A stretch of 64,000 nt of DNA from Candidatus Dormibacteria bacterium (GTDB lineage: Bacteria; Chloroflexota; Dormibacteria; Aeolococcales; Bog-877): NCBI GenBank assembly GCA_050734515.1, contig JBOHUM010000099.1, forward strand, positions 3,123 through 67,122. Direction: 5' to 3'. The notes beneath the pieces are model-generated. The model saw nothing but the letters and a program-made list of their open reading frames with translations. It was not told the DNA's origin and made no database searches. Position numbers and translations under genes: made by a program. Positions 16,156 to 24,211 of the stretch are shown here, in pieces. The stretch's first letter is position 1; each line of letters opens with the position of its first letter.

Positions 16156-16670
16156 TCACTGGACAGGTTCGGCGGCGTGTGCCGTCCCGACCCGCCGGAA
16201 CCCGGCCCGAGCGTAGACCTTGGAGACCGCCTCGCTCTGGGCGGACAGCGGCACACTCCGGACCCCTGCGCCGAAGGCGTGCTGCACGAGCTTCGCAGTG
16301 AGCGCACCGGCCAGCCCGCGACGCCGCGCGAACGGCAGGGTGGCGACGCCCACCACCTCGGCGAGTCCGTCCATAGGTTGGTAGCTGTCAGCTGCGACGA
16401 CACCGTCAGTGGGCGACTCGGCGGCCGCGGTGATCGTCAGGCCCACGGCGCGGCCCGGTCGCGCAGATGAGCCACCATGTCAGGGGCGAGACCGGCGAGG
16501 TGCATGTCGCGTTCGGCGGTTCCCTGTGACCCGCTCTCGGTACCGCCGGCAGTGAACGCGACGTCGGCTACCGCACGCGCGGCGGCGAGCTCCGGGTCGC
16601 CAGCGTCAACCGTACGAAGCGTGACATTATCGACCCGCGGACCGGTCACGTCTGCCGCGGTCGCACGCAT
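16156..16670 (-). pseudogene. GNAT N-acetyltransferase split by a single frameshift
   Basis: Track ORFs 16437-16670 (N-terminal half ending ...HLRDRAAPWA*) and 16156-16446 (C-terminal half GLTITAAAE...VVGVATLPFARRRGLAGALTAKLV...VYARAGFRRVG) read as one GNAT if one base is added or removed in the GGCCCGG run near 16452-16458. Confidence 0.6.
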
Positions 16671-16714
16671 CAGAAGCGCCAGGCTAGGGTGGGTTTAGGG
16701 ATCTGGTAGGAGGC

Positions 16715-17980
16715 TTAGGACGGCACTCGCCGGAACGCAAGGCAGGCGTTGTGGCCGCCAAAGCCGAAGGAGTTGTTGAGGACCAGTTCAGGGTCTAGCC
16801 GGCGGGCGCCCTCCGTGACGTAGTCGAGGTCGCACTCCGGGTCGGGCTCCACGTAGTTGATGGTTGGTGGTACCCGGCCGTCCAGCAGCGCCATCACCGA
16901 GAAGATGGACTCGATCGCCCCCGCCCCGCCCAGGCTGTGCCCGGTCATGGACTTGGTCGACGAGATCGGCACCCGGCGTGCCCGCTCCTCGCCCAGGACC
17001 TGCTTCACGGCCAGGGTCTCGGCGGCGTCGTTGAGGGGAGTGGAGGTGCCGTGAGCCTGGATGTAGTCGACACCGTCCGGACCGACGCCCGCCTTCTCCA
17101 TCGCCCGGGTCATGGCACGGCGCGCCCCCCGCCCGCTGGGGTCGGGGGCCACCAGGTGGTAGGCGTCGGCGCTGGCGCCATAGCCGGCCACCTCGGCGAG
17201 AATGCGCGCTCCCCGGCGCTGGGCGTGTTCCCAGTCCTCGAGGACGACGATCCCGCCGGCCTCGGCGACGACGAAGCCGTCGCGCTGCTTGTCAAAGGGC
17301 CGGCTGGCGTGCTCAGGGTCGTGGTTGCGCTCGGACACGGCGCGCATAGCGGCGAAGGCGCCAACCGCCAGGGGGGTCACCGAGGCCTCGCTAGCCCCCG
17401 CCAGGCAGGCGACGGCGTCGCCGCGACGGATGATCTCCGCGGCTTCACCGATGGCGTGGGCTCCGGTGGCACAGGCCGAGACCGGAGCGAAATTCGGTCC
17501 GCAGGCGCCAACCTTCATGGCGATCTCGCCGGAGGCGATGTCGGCCAAGATCATGGGCACCGTGAAGGGGCTGAGCCGCCGGGGCCCCCGGCTGCTGAGC
17601 GTGTTGCTCGCCTCCTCGGTGACCTTGAGGCCGCCGATCCCCGAACCCACGATCACACCCACCTGGTCCCGGTTGGAATCGTCGATGCGCAGGCCGGACT
17701 GGTCCATCGCCTCCAAGGTCGCCGCCAGGGCGAACTGGGTGAAGCGAGCGGTCCGGTTCACCTGCTTGCGGTCGATGAAGTCGCTGGGGTCGAAGTCCAG
17801 CGCCTCGCCGGCCATCTGCGAGGCGAAGGGCTCTGGGTCGAAGGCCTGGATGCGGCGGATGCCATTGCGGCCCTCCAGCAAGGCGGCCCAGGTGGGAGCC
17901 ACCCCCACCCCCAGGGGGGTGATGGCGCCCATCCCGGTCACGGCCACGCGGCGGGTGGCCGGGTTGCCGGTATCGCTCAA
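16715..17980 (-). CDS. fabF: beta-ketoacyl-ACP synthase II
   Basis: TTG 17980 overlaps the fabH stop (TTGA). RRVAVTGMGAITPLG. Active-site Cys in VSACATGAHAIG, then HGTSTPLND and KSMTGHSLGGAG. The track ORF's N-terminal extension is spurious. Confidence 0.95.
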   Translation of the reverse strand: MSDTGNPATRRVAVTGMGAITPLGVGVAPTWAALLEGRNGIRRIQAFDPEPFASQMAGEALDFDPSDFIDRKQVNRTARFTQFALAATLEAMDQSGLRIDDSNRDQVGVIVGSGIGGLKVTEEASNTLSSRGPRRLSPFTVPMILADIASGEIAMKVGACGPNFAPVSACATGAHAIGEAAEIIRRGDAVACLAGASEASVTPLAVGAFAAMRAVSERNHDPEHASRPFDKQRDGFVVAEAGGIVVLEDWEHAQRRGARILAEVAGYGASADAYHLVAPDPSGRGARRAMTRAMEKAGVGPDGVDYIQAHGTSTPLNDAAETLAVKQVLGEERARRVPISSTKSMTGHSLGGAGAIESIFSVMALLDGRVPPTINYVEPDPECDLDYVTEGARRLDPELVLNNSFGFGGHNACLAFRRVPS

Positions 17981-19146
17981 TCGGGACCCTCCGCAGATCG
18001 CAGCTCGTTGGGGGCGGCGACGGGTCGGGCGGCCACGGCCGGGCTGGCCGCCGCCGGATCGTCGATCACGACCGGCGTGGGCCGCCAGCGCAGCAGGGTC
18101 CCCCCCCAGGTCAGCCCGGCCCCGAAGGCTACCAAACACACCAGCTCGCCGTCACCACAGCGGCCGTCGCGGGCGGCTTCGGCCAGCGCCAGGGGGATCG
18201 AGGCCGATGAGGTATTGCCCATCCGTTCGACGTTGCAGGCGAAGCGCTCCATGGGCAGCCCCAGCCGCCCGGCGGCGGTGGCGAGGATCCGGGAGTTGGC
18301 CTGGTGAGGCACGATCAGGGAAATCTCCTGAGTGCTGGTTCCGGCCTGGGCGGCGAGCCCGCTGACCACCTGCTCCAGGATCTTGGTGCTGAACCGGAAG
18401 ACTTCGCGGCCGTTCATGGTGATCACCCGGTCCAGCGCCCGGGGGACGGCGGTGTACGACGGCATCCCCACGCGGTCTGAGGCGCCGGTGGTGGGGGCGG
18501 CGGTCGTGTCCAGGGCCCAGGCGCCGTTGCCGTCCGCGCCCAGACTGGTGAGCAGGATCTCCGCGCCCGGGCCCTCGGCGCCCCCCACCAGGAAGGCTCC
18601 GGCGCCGTCCCCGAAGAGCACCGCAGTGGCGCGGTCGCTCCAGTCGACCACGCGGGTGAAGATCTCCGCCGCCACCACCAAGACCTCGCGGCTCATGCCC
18701 GCCTGGATCATGGACACGGCCAGCGCCAGGCCGTAGAGCGCTCCGGAGCACGCCGCCTGGACGTCGAACGCTGCCCCCGGGCGGCAACCCAGCTCCGCCT
18801 GCAGACGGCAGGCCAGCGAGGGGAAGGTGGCATCCGGGGAGCTGCTGGAGCAGATGACGGTGTCGACCCGGTCGGCACCGTGGCCAGCGGCGCTGAGGGC
18901 GGCCCGGGCCGCCCGGGCGGCCAGCTCCAGCAGGGTGGTCCCGGGCTCGGCCACCCGGCGCTCGCGGATACCGGTGCGAGACCTGATCCACTCGTCGGAG
19001 GTGTCGAGGAAGCGCTCGATGTCCCTATTGCTCACCCGGGTGCCGGGCAGAGCGGTGCCGATCCCGATCAGGCGGCCTCGCGGGCGCCCAGAGAATCGCC
19101 CGTTGCCTCCCGGGGGCTGCGCCCCTCTCTCCCACGAGGTGCCCAC
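17977..19146 (-). CDS. fabH: beta-ketoacyl-ACP synthase III
   Basis: IGIGTALPGTRVSNRDIE. Cys in QAACSGALYGL, then HQANSRIL and GNTSSASIPLAL. Start set at GTG 19146 (GGAG 5 nt upstream); the track ATG 19254 would run into the accD promoter. Start uncertain. Confidence 0.9.
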   Translation of the reverse strand: MGTSWERGAQPPGGNGRFSGRPRGRLIGIGTALPGTRVSNRDIERFLDTSDEWIRSRTGIRERRVAEPGTTLLELAARAARAALSAAGHGADRVDTVICSSSSPDATFPSLACRLQAELGCRPGAAFDVQAACSGALYGLALAVSMIQAGMSREVLVVAAEIFTRVVDWSDRATAVLFGDGAGAFLVGGAEGPGAEILLTSLGADGNGAWALDTTAAPTTGASDRVGMPSYTAVPRALDRVITMNGREVFRFSTKILEQVVSGLAAQAGTSTQEISLIVPHQANSRILATAAGRLGLPMERFACNVERMGNTSSASIPLALAEAARDGRCGDGELVCLVAFGAGLTWGGTLLRWRPTPVVIDDPAAASPAVAARPVAAPNELRSAEGPD

Positions 19147-19175
19147 GCAGACTCCAAGACCCGAACCGGTCGGCT

Positions 19176-19194
19176 GGTTACGGGGGCCGTAACC
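19176..19194. promoter_or_regulatory. inverted repeat in the fabH/accD divergent region (operator candidate)
   Basis: GGTTACG-GGGGC-CGTAACC, perfect 7-bp arms. Confidence 0.3.
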
Positions 19195-19289
19195 TTGGAG
19201 ACCGGTGCAGGACTCTGCTTGTGTCGGTGGTCCCCGCGCGACCACGGGCTCCATGGCGCCCGAGCACTGAGCTCGCGAGGGAGGAATCG

Positions 19290-20147
19290 ATGTCGGCGAG
19301 CCCCATCCACTCCTCGACTGCGGCCACCACCGCCGCCGCCGAGGAGCCGGTGGCGTGTGCCGTCTGCCAGGCGGCGCAGACCGCGGCAGAGGCCCGGGCC
19401 AACCTGTACGTCTGCCCGGCCTGCGGCGCCCACAGCCGGATCAGCGCCCATGAGCGCGTCCGGCAGCTGGCCGACCCCGGCACTTTCCAGGAGTGGGACC
19501 ACGACCTCGAGGGAGCCGACCGGCTCGGCTTCTTCGACACCCGCCCCTACGGCGAACGCTTGCAAGAGGCCCGCGCCCGGCAGCGACTCCCCGACGCCAT
19601 CCTCAGCGGCGCCGCCCGGATCGGCTCGGTGCCGGTGGGCCTGGCGGCCTTCGACTTTGGTTTCCTGGGAGGCAGTCTCTCGACCGCCGTCGGCGAACGG
19701 CTGGCGCGGGCGATAGAAGCCAGCGCCGAACGCGGCATCCCCTTCGTCTGCGTCACCTCTTCAGGAGGTGCGCGGATGCAGGAGGGCGTCTTCTCCCTGA
19801 TGCAGATGGCCAAGAGCGTGGCCGCCCTCCACGGCCTGGCGGAACGCCATCTGGCCTTCATCTCCATCCTCGCCGACCCCACCATGGGGGGCAGCATCGC
19901 CAGCTTTGCCGCCCTGGGGGACGTGATCCTAGCCGAGCCCAAGGCGATGATCGGCTTCACCGGGGCTCGGGTCATCGCCCAGGCGACCTACGAGCAGCTG
20001 CCTGCCGGATTCCAGACCAGCGAGTTCCACCACGCCCGAGGGCTGATCGATCGAGTGGTCGACCGGCGCCAGCTGCGCGAGGTGCTGTCCCAGTTGCTCA
20101 CGGTTCTGGCGGCCCGGCCCGGAGACAGCGGCCAGCCCGCCGCATGA
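19290..20147 (+). CDS. accD: acetyl-CoA carboxylase carboxyltransferase beta subunit
   Basis: ATG 19290 preceded by GGGAGG. Zinc ribbon CAVCQ...CPACG. CT-beta core ...DFGFLGGSLSTAVGERLARAIE...SSGGARMQEG. Confidence 0.9.
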   Translation: MSASPIHSSTAATTAAAEEPVACAVCQAAQTAAEARANLYVCPACGAHSRISAHERVRQLADPGTFQEWDHDLEGADRLGFFDTRPYGERLQEARARQRLPDAILSGAARIGSVPVGLAAFDFGFLGGSLSTAVGERLARAIEASAERGIPFVCVTSSGGARMQEGVFSLMQMAKSVAALHGLAERHLAFISILADPTMGGSIASFAALGDVILAEPKAMIGFTGARVIAQATYEQLPAGFQTSEFHHARGLIDRVVDRRQLREVLSQLLTVLAARPGDSGQPAA

Positions 20148-20980
20148 GCTCGGGCGACCCCGAGGGGAGCACCTCGGCGCAGGAGCTGGCCGAGGCCTGG
20201 GCCCACGTCGAGGTCTCGCGCCACCCTGAGCGGCCCTACTCGCTGGACCTGATCGAGCGCTGCCTGGACGACTTTGTCGAGCTCCACGGCGACCGCCAGG
20301 GAGGGGACGATGCCGCGGTCGTCATCGGGCTGGGACGGCTAGGCGGCACCCGGGTGGCAGTGGTGGCCAATCAGAAGGGCCGGACCCTGGAGGAGCGGGG
20401 CCGACGCAACTTCGGCATGGCCCATCCCGAGGGCTATCGCAAGGCGCAGCGGCTCTTCGCCCTGGCCGCCCGGCTGCAGCTGCCGGTGATCAGCTTGATC
20501 GACACCCCGGGCGCCTATCCCGGGGTCGCCGCCGAGGAGCGCGGCCAGGCGTGGGCGATCGCCCAGACCCTGGAGGCACAGCTGGCTCTGCCCACGCCCT
20601 ACCTGGCGGTGGTGATCGGCGAGGGGGGCAGCGGCGGCGCCCTGGCGACCCTTCTGGCAGACGCCGTCTTGGTGCTGGAGCACGCCTTCCTCTCAGTCGC
20701 CTCCCCCGAGGCGGCGGCGGCGATCCTGTTCCGGGACTCCAGCCGCAAGCAGCATGCCGCCCTGGCCCTCCGGCTCCAGGCCCGCAACCTGGTGGAGTGG
20801 CGGATCGCCGACGAGATCGTTCCCGAGCCCAAGGGGGGCGCGCACTCTGACTGGGACGGGACCGCGGCTCTGCTCCGGCCCCGGCTCCAGGCCCGCCTGC
20901 AGCGGCTGTTGCGGGAGGGCGTCGACCCCGCCCGGCGCCGGGAGCGCTACCGCCGCCTGGACGGGCTCTTCCAGGCCTGA
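20144..20980 (+). CDS. accA: acetyl-CoA carboxylase carboxyltransferase alpha subunit
   Basis: ATGA overlap with the accD stop. ...RHPERPYSLDLIERCLDDFVELHGDR...IDTPGAYPGVAAEERGQAWAIA. Confidence 0.9.
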   Translation: MSSGDPEGSTSAQELAEAWAHVEVSRHPERPYSLDLIERCLDDFVELHGDRQGGDDAAVVIGLGRLGGTRVAVVANQKGRTLEERGRRNFGMAHPEGYRKAQRLFALAARLQLPVISLIDTPGAYPGVAAEERGQAWAIAQTLEAQLALPTPYLAVVIGEGGSGGALATLLADAVLVLEHAFLSVASPEAAAAILFRDSSRKQHAALALRLQARNLVEWRIADEIVPEPKGGAHSDWDGTAALLRPRLQARLQRLLREGVDPARRRERYRRLDGLFQA

Positions 20981-21001
20981 GCCAAGCCTGGCCTGCGACT
21001 C

Positions 21002-22507
21002 TCAGTCGCGGGCGGCCCGCTGCAACTCGCGCCAGAGCAGGGCCACGTCCTCGGGAGCAGTGCGAATGCTCCCGATCGAGGCCCGCAGGGTGATGCGGCC
21101 CCCCAGGACCGCGTGGGAGATGAAGGCGGTACCCGACTGGTTGACCCGGCTCAGGATCAGGCGGTTGTGCGCGTCCAGCTCGGAGGGACCCAGCCGGTGC
21201 GGGGGAGCATGGCGGAAGCAGACGGTGGCCATGGGCACCGGGGCGGCCAGCTCCCAGCCCGGGGTCTCCTCGATCCGGCCCCGGAGCCAGTGGGCCATCC
21301 GGACATGCTGGCGGATCCGGTCTGCCAGCCCTTCCCTTCCGTAGTGGCGGAGAACGAACCAGAGCTTGAGCGCCCGCATCCGCCGCCCCAGAGAGATGCC
21401 GTAGTCCATGAGGTTGCGCTGGCCGATCCCAGGACCGGCCTGGGCCTCGGGAGGGTTGAGGTATTCGGGCATCAGGGAGAAGGCCCGGCGCAGCGCGTCG
21501 GGTCGGCGGCTGAAGAGCACCGAGCAGTCCAGGGGGGTGAAGAGCCACTTGTGGGGATTGACCACCAGCGAGTCGCAGCGATCGGCGCCCTCCAGCACCC
21601 CCCGCCACTCGGGGACCACCGCCATGGCGCCACCGTGGGCGGCGTCGACGTGCAGCCAGAGCCGGTGCCGGGCGCAGATCGCCGCGATCTTTGCCAGGGG
21701 GTCGATGCTGGTGCTGGCGGTGGTGCCCACGGTGGCCACCACCGCCACGGGCAGCAGCCCCACCTCCAGGTCCCCGGCGATGGCCCGGTCCAGGGCGGCG
21801 GGGTCCATTCGGAACTCGCCGTCGGTGGCGATCGCGCGCAGGCCCTGACGCCCCAGCCCCAGGGTGACGACCGCCTTCTCCACCGAGGAGTGGGCCTGCT
21901 CCGAGGCGTAGACCCGCAGCCCGGGGAGGTCGGGGCGGCCCGCCAGCCCTCGCTCCCGGATCTCCCGGTCCAACTGCTCCCGGGCCGCCGCCAGGGCGAT
22001 CAGGGTGGAGGCCGAGGCAGTGTCCTCGATGTGGCCGTCGAAGTCGTCGGCCAGGCCCAGCATCCGGGCCAGCCATCGGCAAGCCTGCACCTCAAGCTCG
22101 GTGGCCGCCGGCGAGGTGCGCCAGAGCATGGCATTGACGTTGAGCCCGGCGGTGAGAAGCTCCGCCAGGATCCCGGCGGCCGAGCCCGAGCTGGTGAAGT
22201 AGGCGAAGAAGCGAGGGTGGGCCCAGTGGGTGATGCCCGGCAGCACCAGCCGCTCCAGGTCGGCCAGGATCGCCTCCATCGGTTCGCCCTGCGCCGGCGC
22301 CTCCGGGGGCAACCGCTCCAGCAGCTCCCCCGGCCGGGCGGCCGAGAGAGGTGGCAGGGTCGGCAACCGCTCCAGGTAGTCGGCGAGCTGGTCGATGGTC
22401 ACATGACCCAGCCGGCGGAACTCGCCCGGGTCCATGTCGCCCAGGATCTCCGGCGGCGCGCCCGGGCGGGCAGCCCTCCGCCGAGGTGGGGACGGCCCCG
22501 GGCTCAA
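21002..22507 (-). CDS. pyridoxal-dependent (group II, aromatic-L-amino-acid type) decarboxylase
   Basis: ...PGITHWAHPRFFAYFTSSGSAAGILAELL...NPHKWLFTPLDCSVLF. TTG 22507 overlaps the MTHFR-like stop (TTGA). An alternative ATG lies at 22435. Confidence 0.85.
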   Translation of the reverse strand: MSPGPSPPRRRAARPGAPPEILGDMDPGEFRRLGHVTIDQLADYLERLPTLPPLSAARPGELLERLPPEAPAQGEPMEAILADLERLVLPGITHWAHPRFFAYFTSSGSAAGILAELLTAGLNVNAMLWRTSPAATELEVQACRWLARMLGLADDFDGHIEDTASASTLIALAAAREQLDREIRERGLAGRPDLPGLRVYASEQAHSSVEKAVVTLGLGRQGLRAIATDGEFRMDPAALDRAIAGDLEVGLLPVAVVATVGTTASTSIDPLAKIAAICARHRLWLHVDAAHGGAMAVVPEWRGVLEGADRCDSLVVNPHKWLFTPLDCSVLFSRRPDALRRAFSLMPEYLNPPEAQAGPGIGQRNLMDYGISLGRRMRALKLWFVLRHYGREGLADRIRQHVRMAHWLRGRIEETPGWELAAPVPMATVCFRHAPPHRLGPSELDAHNRLILSRVNQSGTAFISHAVLGGRITLRASIGSIRTAPEDVALLWRELQRAARD

Positions 22508-23316
22508 GCGCTGGCCGCGGCCCGGCTCTGGTCGAAGGCCGCCACCACCTGGCCAGCGTGGCGCTCGCCCCCCAGAGGGATCACGTGCAGGCGCACCCCG
22601 GGACGCGCGCCCAGGGCGCCGGCCAGGTCGGCGGCCACCGTCACCCCCTCGCCCTGGGCGATGCGCCGCGCCAGGGGCGGCGGCACCGGGCAGTCGGGGA
22701 CCGAGCGGACGACGAAGTCAAGGTTGCGCCCCGAGCGGAGGATGCCCACGCTGGCGAACACCTCCACGCTCGGGGGCAGCAGCTCGCTCATCCAGCCCGC
22801 GAAGCGGTCGAAGGCATCGAGATCGAAAATCATCTGAGTCTGGACGAAATCAAGGCCCGCCTCCGCCTTGCGCTCCAGGAGCCTGAGCTCTCGTCGGGGC
22901 TCGGCAAAGGGATTGACCACCGCGCCCCGGAGCAGATGCCGGGGCGCCGCCCAATCCGGCACCAGGCGCAGCACCTCGGTGGTGCGCAGCCCGATGCTGG
23001 GCACGATCGAGTTGCTGCCGTCGCCGCGCACCACCAGCACCCCGGCCGCGCCCATGGCGGCGGCGCCGGCAACCTGCTGCTGCAGGCCCAGCAAGTTGCG
23101 GTCCCGACAGGATAGGTGGAGGACCGGGCGCAGGCCCACGCTGAGGCAGTCGGGGATGGCCGCCAGCGGCGAGAGCCGGGCCCTACCCATGTGGTTGTCG
23201 GTCAGGCCGACCAGGTTCACCACCCCGACCAGGTGCCCCAGCGCCCGGTGAACGGGAGCCAGGTCCGCGCCGCGCGGCATGGAGAGCTCGGCGGAGCGCT
23301 GGACAGTGGAGAGCAC
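22504..23316 (-). CDS. short methylenetetrahydrofolate-reductase-like protein
   Basis: ...LRPVLHLSCRDRNLLGLQQQVAGAAAMGAAGVLVVRGD...AEAGLDFVQTQMIFD... follows the MTHFR family pattern. 270 aa. GTG start (alternative ATG 23280). Confidence 0.7.
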   Translation of the reverse strand: MLSTVQRSAELSMPRGADLAPVHRALGHLVGVVNLVGLTDNHMGRARLSPLAAIPDCLSVGLRPVLHLSCRDRNLLGLQQQVAGAAAMGAAGVLVVRGDGSNSIVPSIGLRTTEVLRLVPDWAAPRHLLRGAVVNPFAEPRRELRLLERKAEAGLDFVQTQMIFDLDAFDRFAGWMSELLPPSVEVFASVGILRSGRNLDFVVRSVPDCPVPPPLARRIAQGEGVTVAADLAGALGARPGVRLHVIPLGGERHAGQVVAAFDQSRAAASA

Positions 23317-23452
23317 GTTGCCGTCAATATATGGCAGGTGCGCGACGAGCAGAGATCATCCCGGCGGCGGATGTGCGCCCGGCAGGGCGCGGGCAGAATC
23401 CTGGGCAACCGTGGTGCCGCCAGCTTGATCCACTCTCCTTTGCCCCCGGCGC

Positions 23453-24211
23453 TTGGCTGACTCCCAGGTCGACGCCTCCCCGACGGTAGCGGCTGGGCCC
23501 GGCCAGGCGGGAGTCCCGGCGCTCGAGGTGCGGCATCTCGGCCGCTCGCTTCCCCTGGGCGGCGAGTTGCTCGAGATCTTGCGCGACATCAACTTCGTCA
23601 TCGAGCGGGGCGAGTTCGTCACCCTGGCCGGGCCCTCGGGAAGCGGCAAGAGCACGCTCCTGGGGTGCATCACCGGGCTGGACAACCCCACCACCGGTCA
23701 GGTGCTCCTCAACGGCATTGACATCTCGGCGATGCGGGAGTCGCGCCTGGCCACGATCCGCAACCGCACCGTGGGCATGGTCTTCCAGGCCTTTAACCTG
23801 ATCCCCACCCTCACCGCCCGGGAGAACGTGGAGGTGCCGCTGTACGCGGGCAACTGGCACGGCTCCACCTCCGAGCGGGCCCGCGAGCTCCTGGGGCTGG
23901 TGGGACTCAGCCACCGCCTGGAGCATCGCCCCAGCCAGCTCTCCGGAGGTGAGCAGCAGCGGGTGGCGATCGCCCGGGCGCTGGCCACCGAGCCGCCGCT
24001 GCTCGTCGCCGACGAGCCCACCGGCAACTTGGCGGCCGCCCAGGGTAGAGAGGTGCTGGACCTGCTCTGGAGCCTGCGGGAGCGGCTCGGCACCACCCTG
24101 GTGATCGCCACCCACGACCGCACCGTGGGCGAGTACGCCACCCGCTGGCTGCAGCTCGCCGACGGGGCTCTGATCAGCGACAGCCCCGGCCCCCGGGCCG
24201 GCTTACGGTGA
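23453..24211 (+). CDS. ABC transporter ATP-binding protein (MacB/LolD-like)
   Basis: Walker A GPSGSGKSTLL. Signature LSGGEQQRVAIARAL. Walker B LLVADEPTGNL. Confidence 0.95.
   Translation: MADSQVDASPTVAAGPGQAGVPALEVRHLGRSLPLGGELLEILRDINFVIERGEFVTLAGPSGSGKSTLLGCITGLDNPTTGQVLLNGIDISAMRESRLATIRNRTVGMVFQAFNLIPTLTARENVEVPLYAGNWHGSTSERARELLGLVGLSHRLEHRPSQLSGGEQQRVAIARALATEPPLLVADEPTGNLAAAQGREVLDLLWSLRERLGTTLVIATHDRTVGEYATRWLQLADGALISDSPGPRAGLR

Noticed and set aside
11989-16714. Classical integrative element at tRNA-Lys
   Set aside because: I found no integrase, excisionase or transposase ORF and no direct repeat of the tRNA 3' end downstream. I keep only the weaker description 'accessory islet'.
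20490-22082. 530-aa minus-strand ORF rich in R/P/G
   Set aside because: It lies off-frame over the decarboxylase gene and antisense to accA. It has no recognisable domain, while the decarboxylase frame carries clear PLP-decarboxylase motifs.
23317-23452. SAM/SAH/THF riboswitch upstream of the MTHFR-like gene or the ABC transporter
   Set aside because: I compared both strands by eye with remembered SAM-I, SAM-IV and SAH core motifs. GCAACC...GGTGCC occurs, but the other conserved blocks are missing. An Infernal scan would be decisive.
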